Below are positions 52,485 to 60,011 of a stretch of 64,000 nucleotides of DNA, in pieces. Positions within the stretch are counted from its first letter, which is position 1. Each line of letters starts with the position of its first letter. The stretch spans positions 282,689 through 346,688 of the forward strand of contig DOGZ01000014.1 of assembly GCA_003528115.1 (NCBI GenBank), given 5' to 3'. The position numbers and the translations under genes are program-made. The notes beneath the pieces are model-generated. The model saw only the letters and a list, made by a program, of their open reading frames with translations, was not told the origin of the DNA and did not search any database. The DNA comes from Candidatus Omnitrophota bacterium. Lineage in GTDB: Bacteria > Omnitrophota > Gorgyraeia > Zapsychrales > Zapsychraceae.

Positions 52485-52772
52485 ATGTCGCTACACTCTT
52501 CTTTAAGAATTGATACAGCAGGCGCTCAGCAAAGAACTGTTCTCACGCGCATTGAACGGATCAAAGAATTAATGAAAAAAGGTCTTTGGAAGGATAGCCA
52601 ATCGGTCACAGGGTTACCGAAAACGAAAATTGTTAAGATCAAGGCTAGAAAGACCAAAGAGGAGGCAGCTCCAGCCGCCGCTACTGCTACCGCAACAGCT
52701 TCCGCTACAGCGGCTAAAGCTTCCGAAAATAAAGCGGCAAAACCTGCTAAATCTGCTAAACCTGCTAAATAG
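52485..52772 (+). CDS. Small basic protein with histone H1-like Ala/Lys-rich C-terminal tail
   Basis: 95 aa. Globular N-terminal ~55 aa, then EEAAPAAATATATASATAAKASENKAAKPAKSAKPAK. Starts 1 nt after the SPOR gene stop. Confidence 0.6.
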   Translation: MSLHSSLRIDTAGAQQRTVLTRIERIKELMKKGLWKDSQSVTGLPKTKIVKIKARKTKEEAAPAAATATATASATAAKASENKAAKPAKSAKPAK

Positions 52773-52931
52773 CGATTTGATGGTTATCCATAAAATTTTG
52801 TAATATATTTTCCGGTGTGAGATGGCCTATTCGTAAGCAAGAAATCTTTATATGCCGGAATGGATAACAAATCCTCTCCATATAGGACAGAGTATCAGTT
52901 TTTATACATATCCCCGTCATCCTTCAAGCCC

Positions 52932-53777
52932 ATGACTCAGAAAATAATATTTTTTACATTGTTATTTTGTTGCGTAAGCTTTAAAAGTTATGGAGCTAAT
53001 GAAACTTTCCCTTTTGTTGCTGAGATAACAGAAAATAACGTGAGTGTCCGTGCGGGTCAGAGTATAAATTTTGAAAAGATTTGTACTTTAAAAAAAGGTG
53101 ATGAGGTCCTTGTTACGGATAAGCAATATAGTTGGTATAAAATTAAGCTGCCTCAAGAAGCAAAAAGCTTTGTCAGTGAGAAATATGTTGTCATGAAAAA
53201 TGATCACGAGGCGGAAATTGTCGGAGACCGTGTGAATGTTCGCGCCGGAGCCGGGATTCAATATGCTGTATTAGGGCAGTTGGTGGTTGGATCGCCCGTG
53301 ACTATTCTGGAGAAACTCGATGGCTGGTACAGGATCAAACCGGTAGAGGAAAGCTTTGGATGGATATCTAAAGAGTTTGTTGTTTTTAAATCTAAAGATG
53401 TGAAGTCTTATGCGTTGGCTCATGAAATCGTTGAGCAGTCAAGTGATGAGCGGGAAAAGATTGAAGAAAATCCAGATGGGAGAGAAGAAACAAGTAAGGT
53501 CGAGGAACCGGAAAAACAAGTTAAAGTTCCGAGGCCTGTTGAAGAGAGTCTCTCAGTGTCCGGAATTTTGGAACAAGCGAATGAGACCGGCTCAGAATAC
53601 ATTTCATATAAACTCACCATGGAAGGACAGTCCATTTGTTACGTTAAGGGTTTGAAGCCTTCCCTTGATAGATTCCTGAATTATAAAGTTACGTTAGAAG
53701 GGAAAAAGGAAGAAAATGCCTCGAGTCAATATTCCTATCCTGTGCTTGTAGTTTCCAAGATTCAAATCGTTTTGTGA
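52932..53777 (+). CDS. Secreted protein with two bacterial SH3 (SH3b) domains
   Basis: Signal peptide (MTQKIIFFTLLFCCVSFKSYGA) and two VxVRAG...WYxIK SH3b-like repeats. The ORF-track start at 52860 is less likely. Confidence 0.7.
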   Translation: MTQKIIFFTLLFCCVSFKSYGANETFPFVAEITENNVSVRAGQSINFEKICTLKKGDEVLVTDKQYSWYKIKLPQEAKSFVSEKYVVMKNDHEAEIVGDRVNVRAGAGIQYAVLGQLVVGSPVTILEKLDGWYRIKPVEESFGWISKEFVVFKSKDVKSYALAHEIVEQSSDEREKIEENPDGREETSKVEEPEKQVKVPRPVEESLSVSGILEQANETGSEYISYKLTMEGQSICYVKGLKPSLDRFLNYKVTLEGKKEENASSQYSYPVLVVSKIQIVL

Positions 53778-53824
53778 ATTCCAAGGCCTCTTGAATACGT
53801 TAGAAGGAGATTCGTTTTAATACC

Positions 53825-54445
53825 ATGATAGTAGAAACGTTTATTCCCATTCTCATATTGTTTTTCTCTGTGATTCTGCACGAGTGCGCTCATGGTTGGG
53901 TGGCCTATAAATTAGGCGACCCGACAGCGAAAGAAGCCGGACGTTTGACGCTCAATCCGTTTAAACATATAGATCCTTTGGGAACAGTTATTTTGCCAGG
54001 AGCCCTTTGGATTTTACGAAGCTTGGGATACGTCAATTTTGTTATTGGCTGGGCCAAACCTGTTCCAGTTAATTTCTTAAATTTACGTAACCCCAAGAGG
54101 GATATGATGTGGGTTGGATTAGCCGGGCCAGGCATGAACATTATTTTAGCCATTTTCTTTTATCAATTTCTCAGATTCGATCTTTCTTATGGATATTACA
54201 AAATGCTCGAAGAGGCAGTATTCTTGAATTTGGTTTTGGCAGTTTTTAATCTTACGCCCATTCCACCGTTGGATGGTTCGCGTTTTGTATCGTCTCTCTT
54301 GCCAAAGAAAATGGCCTTGGCTTACAGCCAATTGGAGGCCATGGGGATATTGATTGTTATCATTTTAATAAATCTTGGATTGTTCGAGAAAATTATTCTT
54401 CCTTTGGTCGTTTTACTAGGAAGGATTATAGGGATTGAATTCTAA
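53825..54445 (+). CDS. Site-2 protease family (peptidase M50) membrane metalloprotease
   Basis: HECAHG (HExxH) in the first TM helix, multiple TM segments, LDG motif. Confidence 0.8.
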   Translation: MIVETFIPILILFFSVILHECAHGWVAYKLGDPTAKEAGRLTLNPFKHIDPLGTVILPGALWILRSLGYVNFVIGWAKPVPVNFLNLRNPKRDMMWVGLAGPGMNIILAIFFYQFLRFDLSYGYYKMLEEAVFLNLVLAVFNLTPIPPLDGSRFVSSLLPKKMALAYSQLEAMGILIVIILINLGLFEKIILPLVVLLGRIIGIEF

Positions 54446-55539
54446 TGAAAAAAGTCCGTGTCGATTTAAAGGAAAATGCCTATAAAATCCTCATAGGCCA
54501 TGATTTCTTATCCAAGCTTGGAATTCATCTTAAAAGCCTGGGTATAGGTCAAGATGCCGTGGTGATTACGCATCCTGTTATTCATCAATTTTATGGGAAA
54601 ACGATCGCCACCGGATTAAAAAAAAGTGGATTTTCGGTCAAGATCATTGATGTTCTTGAGGGAGAATCGAGCAAATCAACTCAGACAGCTTTTCAACTCA
54701 TGGAAGAAATAGCGGGATATGATTGTTTTAAGAAAATCTTTATCGTCGCCTTGGGAGGCGGTGTTATTGGAGATCTGGCCGGATTTGTCGCCGCGGTTTA
54801 TAAGAGGGGGATTTCTTACGTTCAAGTTCCGACGACGTTTTTAGCCCAAATTGATTCCGCCATTGGAGGCAAGGTGGCGATTGATTTACCTGTGGGAAAG
54901 AATTTAGTAGGGGCCTTCCATCAGCCTAGAATCGTCCTGAGCGATGTTACGACCCTATCGACCCTTGAGGAAAGACAAATCAAGAACGGTCTTGCCGAAG
55001 CGGTTAAATACGGAATGATTTATGATAAGAAATTATTCTATTATTTAAGTAAGAATTATAGTTTACTGCTCAAGCGAAATCCTAAGGCTCTTATGGATGT
55101 TGTTTTTAGTTGCAGTCGGATAAAGGCCCAAGTTGTTGTCGAGGATGAAAAGGAAACTAAGGGGATTAGGACCATATTAAATTTTGGTCATACCGTTGGC
55201 CATGCTATCGAAGCGGCGGGCACGTTTAGCGCCTATCAGCATGGAGAGGCTGTGAGTCTCGGTATGAGGATTGCCGGGGATATTTCTTGCCAGATGAAGA
55301 TGTTTAGTCAGGATAATAGAGATTCGCTGAATAAGCTGTTGACGGATATCGGACTTCCGGAAAAAATCAAGAATTTGCGTTTGGAAGATATTCTGAATGT
55401 CATGCAACATGATAAGAAATTTATTTCAGGAACCAACCGATTCGTTTTGGTGAAAGATATTGGCCAGGTGAAAATTGTTGATAACGTGCCGATGACTGTT
55501 ATCACAAAGGCAATCAAGAAGCATATAGCCGCATTTTGA
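54445..55539 (+). CDS. aroB: 3-dehydroquinate synthase
   Basis: 364 aa with the GGGVIGDLAGF glycine-rich motif and metal-binding His residues (NFGHTVGHAIE). Confidence 0.9.
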   Translation: MKKVRVDLKENAYKILIGHDFLSKLGIHLKSLGIGQDAVVITHPVIHQFYGKTIATGLKKSGFSVKIIDVLEGESSKSTQTAFQLMEEIAGYDCFKKIFIVALGGGVIGDLAGFVAAVYKRGISYVQVPTTFLAQIDSAIGGKVAIDLPVGKNLVGAFHQPRIVLSDVTTLSTLEERQIKNGLAEAVKYGMIYDKKLFYYLSKNYSLLLKRNPKALMDVVFSCSRIKAQVVVEDEKETKGIRTILNFGHTVGHAIEAAGTFSAYQHGEAVSLGMRIAGDISCQMKMFSQDNRDSLNKLLTDIGLPEKIKNLRLEDILNVMQHDKKFISGTNRFVLVKDIGQVKIVDNVPMTVITKAIKKHIAAF

Positions 55540-55557
55540 TTCTACCATCGCACTTCT

Positions 55558-56121
55558 TTATTTCTGTTTAGGACGCAAGCGCAGGGTGACAATCTTGCCG
55601 TTGTTGAGCAATTCAACCCCATCCAGAGTAATATTTTCAATTTTCATGCCGTTGATCGAATCGCCCAGTTCATAAATTTCATTATTGATAAGAGCGATCA
55701 TTTTGTCTCCCTTCATCATGGTCCCGTTAAGGATCAATTTGACGGTGTTGCCATAATGAGTTTCTTTTATGACATAAGAAGGCGCGGGACTTGAACGGTC
55801 AGGTGTTGTTGAAGGTTTTTTGAAAATAAGAAAAGCCAAAAAGAAACCTGCCCCCACCAGAAAAGTGCCAAGGATGAACAGAATGGGCTTTTTCCCGAAA
55901 GTTTCTTTATTTGCAGTCTCTGTTTTTTTTGCGGTGTGAATCGAACGGATATTGGTGCTGGTGGAGGAGGGATTGTTGTCGGAGACAGGGGAAGAAGTTC
56001 TTAAGGTGGGTTTTGAGGCGAGGCGCGATTGCTTAAAAGTTTCGTAAATCTTGGTTTTGTCACCATTTTTTTTATCAAGTTGATTTTGCGTCTTTTTTAG
56101 GGCGTTGTGAATGATACTCAT
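55558..56121 (-). CDS. GspB/ExeB-like type II secretion / MSHA-pilus assembly accessory protein
   Basis: 187 aa with a central TM helix and a C-terminal domain resembling T2SS protein B. ATGA-coupled downstream of the ExeA-like gene. Confidence 0.6.
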   Translation of the reverse strand: MSIIHNALKKTQNQLDKKNGDKTKIYETFKQSRLASKPTLRTSSPVSDNNPSSTSTNIRSIHTAKKTETANKETFGKKPILFILGTFLVGAGFFLAFLIFKKPSTTPDRSSPAPSYVIKETHYGNTVKLILNGTMMKGDKMIALINNEIYELGDSINGMKIENITLDGVELLNNGKIVTLRLRPKQK

Positions 56122-56936
56122 TTACGGCCGACCTCTTGAATGCATTTATGCACAATATGTTCGTCAATCATGTGAGTTTCAGATATATAGCCGGCTAAAA
56201 GGGCCCTATCACACAAAATGTTCACCATGCGCGGTGTCCCTCGGGAGCTCTCATAAATCGCGTCGATCGCTTTATCCGTAAAATGGATGCCATAGCTTGA
56301 ATTGTTAGATGAGTTAGCGACTTTTAATCTGTGTTGAATATAATTGTGCATTTCATTGCGGTCTAAAGGCATAAGATGATAGCGTACGGTGACCCTTTGA
56401 TTAAGCTGACGTAACGTCGGCAATTGGAGTTTGTCTAATAACTCCGGCTGGCCGACCAGGATGATTTGAAGGAGTTTTTCTTTTTCAGTTTCCAGGTTTG
56501 AAAGGAGGCGGATTTGTTCAAGTTGTTTGACTCCAAGATTCTGGGCCTCATCAATAATCAAAACAACGTTGTGTCCTTGGTTTGATTCTTTGAGTAAGAA
56601 CTCATTAAGGGCGTTTACTAAAGAAAATTTATTTTTGGCACGGCTTTCGATATCAAGATCTTTGAGGATGATTTGTAAAAGCTGAACATCAGAAAAGCTT
56701 GGATTCAAAATGAGGGCTGTTTTCGTGTCTTCTCCCAGCCGGTTCAACAGGATTCGACAGAGCGTTGTTTTACCTGTCCCGATTTCTCCCGTAATTACTA
56801 AAATGCCTTTTCTTTGATGGACCCCATAAATAAGGTGTGAAAAAGCCTCATCATGATGGGAGCTGGGGAAGAAGAATTCAGGATCAGCCGTGATATTGAA
56901 TGGGTTTTCTTTTAAGTAATAAAATTTGTTATACAT
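56118..56936 (-). CDS. GspA/ExeA/MshM-like AAA ATPase
   Basis: 272 aa. Walker A GEIGTGKTT and Walker B VVLIIDEAQNL. Resembles the ExeA family (AAA_22). Confidence 0.8.
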   Translation of the reverse strand: MYNKFYYLKENPFNITADPEFFFPSSHHDEAFSHLIYGVHQRKGILVITGEIGTGKTTLCRILLNRLGEDTKTALILNPSFSDVQLLQIILKDLDIESRAKNKFSLVNALNEFLLKESNQGHNVVLIIDEAQNLGVKQLEQIRLLSNLETEKEKLLQIILVGQPELLDKLQLPTLRQLNQRVTVRYHLMPLDRNEMHNYIQHRLKVANSSNNSSYGIHFTDKAIDAIYESSRGTPRMVNILCDRALLAGYISETHMIDEHIVHKCIQEVGRK

Positions 56937-57038
56937 TGAGTGAAATTATATCACTGATCCTGCGTTTGGTAAATTATGGTTTTTGAATTTAGTGGATGCT
57001 AAATAGTCCGTGATGAGAGCGCCTTCAGAAAAAAACGA

Positions 57039-57066
57039 TTGTCAGTCGAATTTAATATGTTATAAT
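57039..57066 (+). promoter_or_regulatory. Sigma70-like promoter (TTGTCA-N16-TATAAT) upstream of the PilZ gene
   Basis: Seen directly: TTGTCA at 57039-57044, a 16-nt spacer, TATAAT at 57061-57066, ~100 nt upstream of the 57166 start. Confidence 0.5.
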
Positions 57067-57125
57067 TCTAAAAAATTTAGACGATTATTACAAATGTCTT
57101 AAATGATTTTGCGTGAATTCATTGG

Positions 57126-57143
57126 AGTTTTTTTAAAAAAACT
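57126..57143. promoter_or_regulatory. Perfect 18-bp palindrome AGTTTTTTTAAAAAAACT between promoter and PilZ start
   Basis: Seen directly: its own reverse complement; candidate operator. Confidence 0.4.
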
Positions 57144-57165
57144 TTTGCGCTAGGGTGAATAGGTT

Positions 57166-57516
57166 TTGAAGACAGACAATCCTATAGAAAAACGGTATGC
57201 GAAGCGCATTAAACTTAGTAGTCCAGTTCATTTTCAAGGGAAGGACCCGAGCCAATATGGAGGATGCCTTTCCCGTGACCTGAGTGAAGGCGGTATTCAG
57301 GTGTCGTTATATGATTTTGTCCCGATTCATTCGATTTTGACGCTTCAAGTTCAGTTGGCCCAGGAAAAAGTTGTTGATTGTTTGGCCCGTGTGGTCTGGA
57401 TTGAAAAACATCCATCCATGCTTCGTTATCAGGTTGGTCTTGAATTTGTTGCGACAGAGGACATATTAAAAGCTAAAAAGGAAATTTATCAGTTTATCAA
57501 ATCTTATCAATCATAA
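57166..57516 (+). CDS. PilZ domain protein
   Basis: 116 aa. RxxxR (KRYAKRIKL) and DxSxGG (DLSEGGIQV) c-di-GMP binding motifs. Confidence 0.8.
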   Translation: MKTDNPIEKRYAKRIKLSSPVHFQGKDPSQYGGCLSRDLSEGGIQVSLYDFVPIHSILTLQVQLAQEKVVDCLARVVWIEKHPSMLRYQVGLEFVATEDILKAKKEIYQFIKSYQS

Positions 57517-57571
57517 ATTGTCAGAAATAAATTTTTTGATGATTTGTTTGTGAAAGGAGTCTTAAGAAATT

Positions 57572-57730
57572 ATGGCTAATCAAAAGGAACCATCAGATGT
57601 AGGGAAAAATTGTGCCGGATGCAAGAAAGTACTTTCTAAGAAGAAGAAATATTATCGAAATGGCGCTTATTATTGCAATAATAACTGTTTTAAGAAGAAA
57701 GACGCGGGGGGCGAGCAACAACCTGCTTAA
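57572..57730 (+). CDS. Small YHS/TRASH-like Cys-rich protein (52 aa)
   Basis: Not in the ORF track. Manual translation MANQKEPSDVGKNCAGCKKVLSKKKKYYRNGAYYCNNNCFKKKDAGGEQQPA. The CxxC...YYC..C spacing is like YHS/TRASH domains. AAAGGAG RBS at 57553. Confidence 0.6.
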   Translation: MANQKEPSDVGKNCAGCKKVLSKKKKYYRNGAYYCNNNCFKKKDAGGEQQPA

Positions 57731-57743
57731 TTAAGGAGTCGCG

Positions 57744-58106
57744 GTGTATTTAAAGAAACCTCTCACTGAAAGAAGAAAAGATTTTCGTTTAGCCAATAGA
57801 GTCCCAGTTAAAATTTGTCAGGAAAACGGGGATATCGTCACGGAAACAGTAAATCTCAGCCGTTCTGGGGTGTACTGTCGCGTCAATAAATATATCGAAC
57901 CGATGACAAAATTAAGAATTCATCTCCTTATCCCCAGAAGAAAGAACGGTAAAACGACTCCCAAGAAAATTACCTGTCAGGGGGTCGGAGTCCGTATTGA
58001 GCCGATTAAAGGAGAGACTGCGTACAACCTCGCGATATTTTTTAATGATATTTCACAAAGAGACTCTGATCATATAGCTGATTATGTTAATTCTTTCACA
58101 GAATGA
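57744..58106 (+). CDS. PilZ domain protein
   Basis: 120 aa, GTG start with TAAGGAG RBS. RxxxR (RRKDFR) and NLSRSG motifs. Confidence 0.75.
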   Translation: MYLKKPLTERRKDFRLANRVPVKICQENGDIVTETVNLSRSGVYCRVNKYIEPMTKLRIHLLIPRRKNGKTTPKKITCQGVGVRIEPIKGETAYNLAIFFNDISQRDSDHIADYVNSFTE

Positions 58107-58259
58107 CAAAACAACTGCTCCACGACATCCCATTTTTTCCGTTTTTCTCACTCTTCCAATATATATTGTTCTCATTAGGATCAACAAATACTTCATATTA
58201 TTGTTTAATTTTCCCCCATATGGTTTCTTACGGACAGTTATTTCAAAGGAGCAGGTTTT

Positions 58260-58442
58260 ATGGAAAATGCCATTAATGTAAGTTTGTCTCCCATACAAGT
58301 TCTTCTTTCTTTTTTATTTCAGATATGGATTGTTGTTTTTCCTATTATTTTAATTCGTAAATTGAACTATTTAACGGCGCTTCTTCAATCCCAGAATCGT
58401 GAATATCAAGGTGACGGGCAATCCGATCACGACAATTCATGA
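58260..58442 (+). CDS. Small hydrophobic (single-TM) protein, hypothetical
   Basis: 60 aa with AAAGGAG RBS 8 nt upstream. Its stop overlaps the rluA-family gene start (ATGA). Confidence 0.4.
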   Translation: MENAINVSLSPIQVLLSFLFQIWIVVFPIILIRKLNYLTALLQSQNREYQGDGQSDHDNS

Positions 58443-59134
58443 AAGCTGTGTTTGAGAACCGTTCTTTCTTTGAGAAGGCGATAGATATTTTATATGAAGA
58501 TGACAGCTATATCATTTTCAATAAACCATCCGGCCTTCTGGTTATCCCAACGTTTAAGGAAGAGAAGAAAACGTTGGTCAATATTGTCAATCATCAATAT
58601 GCCTCGGGGGGAGGCGCGGGCAGGCTTTATCCGTGTCATAGGTTGGATCGAGAAACATCAGGGGTCATCATTTTTGCTAAAGGTAAACGGCATCAACAGT
58701 TGATGATGGAGGCGTTCAAGAGGAGAGCTGTTACGAAGAAATACATAGCGTTTATTCATGGGAGGATGTCTTTACAAAAGGGGGAATTTAAAAGTGTCAT
58801 CCATGATGTTGATCAGAAAAAGTTTAGAAATCCCTCTTCAGCAAAAATGGCCATTACCCGGTACAGGGTCATTGATGACATGAAATCTTTTAGTGTAGTT
58901 GAAGTTAATCCGATCACGGGACAAACCAATCAAATCCGTATACATTTTAGCCGTGATGAACATCCTTTGGTGGGTGAGAGAAAATACGCCTTTGCCAGGG
59001 ATTATGCCTTGAAATTTCGTCGGACAGCGTTACATGCCTCTAGCGTAGAGTTCTTACATCCGTTGATCCGTAAACTGATTTCGGTGAGGGCAGAGATGCC
59101 GAGGGATATGAAGGAATTTATGGAACGGCATTGA
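58439..59134 (+). CDS. RluA-family pseudouridine synthase
   Basis: HRLDRETSGVIIFAK catalytic motif with Asp. Confidence 0.85.
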   Translation: MKAVFENRSFFEKAIDILYEDDSYIIFNKPSGLLVIPTFKEEKKTLVNIVNHQYASGGGAGRLYPCHRLDRETSGVIIFAKGKRHQQLMMEAFKRRAVTKKYIAFIHGRMSLQKGEFKSVIHDVDQKKFRNPSSAKMAITRYRVIDDMKSFSVVEVNPITGQTNQIRIHFSRDEHPLVGERKYAFARDYALKFRRTALHASSVEFLHPLIRKLISVRAEMPRDMKEFMERH

Positions 59135-59170
59135 ATAAAGGATTTTGATCAAAAGAGAGGGAGGTGGCCG

Positions 59171-59485
59171 TTGCAAGAAACTCAAATTAAAGGGCGTTCT
59201 CTGAACGAATTGGCTCAGGTCTGCCATAGCATAGCTGTTGAAAAAGGATTTTGGGAAGAGAAACGGAATATCGGCGAGGCTCTGATGTTGATTGTCACAG
59301 AATTGGCTGAGGCGATGGAGGCTTATCGGGTCCAAGATGACGCTAATTTTCGTGAAGAGATAGCGGATGCTTTTATCCGTTTGCTGGATCTTTGTGGAGG
59401 TCTCAAGATTGATATTGAAGAAGAAATTTTTAAGAAATCACTGAAGAATAAAAATCGACCGTATAAACATGGTAAGATTTGTTGA
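59171..59485 (+). CDS. MazG-like nucleoside triphosphate pyrophosphohydrolase domain protein
   Basis: 104 aa, TTG start with GGGAGG RBS. The EALMLIVTELAEAMEAYR helix pair matches the MazG/all-alpha NTP-PPase EExxE motifs. Confidence 0.65.
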   Translation: MQETQIKGRSLNELAQVCHSIAVEKGFWEEKRNIGEALMLIVTELAEAMEAYRVQDDANFREEIADAFIRLLDLCGGLKIDIEEEIFKKSLKNKNRPYKHGKIC

Positions 59486-59536
59486 GGCCCACATTGAATT
59501 CAGCCAAGAGACATTGATCAGCTAAGGAGAGATGGG

Positions 59537-59989
59537 ATGCGACGAATTATTTATATTCTAATTTTTTTGACATTCACCGGGTGTGCCACGATCAGTGTGC
59601 CTAATTATATTAAGGATCAGAACCCGTATAAAAAAACTTATTATTCAAACTTTTCTGACGTTCTCAAGGCAACAACGGAGGCCCTCGAAGAGGCCGGCTG
59701 GAAAGTTGTCAATACATCAGACCCTTCTGTTTTCGAAGGGAATAAAGCGAGCGATGACCCCCAAGTTAAGCAACTTCTCCTTTTTACGGATATTCGGCAA
59801 ACATCCTTGTTTTTCGCCACACGGTATGCCAGGATTAACGCCTATGTGCTCAGTGGGGGAAATCAGACAACGGAACTTGAATTGCGCTACATAACTGTGA
59901 CGTCAGTTTTATTTAAGAAATTTTACTCGTATAAAAAAGACCGTTTTGTCGAACATTTGTTAAAAACAATAGAGAAAAAATTGCAATAA
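59537..59989 (+). CDS. Lipoprotein of unknown function
   Basis: Signal peptide and lipobox (LTFTGC). Confidence 0.6.
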   Translation: MRRIIYILIFLTFTGCATISVPNYIKDQNPYKKTYYSNFSDVLKATTEALEEAGWKVVNTSDPSVFEGNKASDDPQVKQLLLFTDIRQTSLFFATRYARINAYVLSGGNQTTELELRYITVTSVLFKKFYSYKKDRFVEHLLKTIEKKLQ

Positions 59990-60011
59990 GCGATATGGTT
60001 AATTTTTCCTT

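Noticed and set aside
52673-52772. Ala/Lys/Thr-rich repeat region as a possible non-coding tandem repeat
   Set aside because: It is in frame and forms the C-terminal tail of the 95-aa ORF with an intact stop. Interpreted as a coding low-complexity tail, not a non-coding repeat.
58084-58281. 65-aa ORF (MLILSQNDKTTAPRHPIFSVFL...) after the second PilZ gene
   Set aside because: No RBS, overlaps the PilZ 3' end, and overlaps the better-supported small ORF at 58260 that has a strong RBS.
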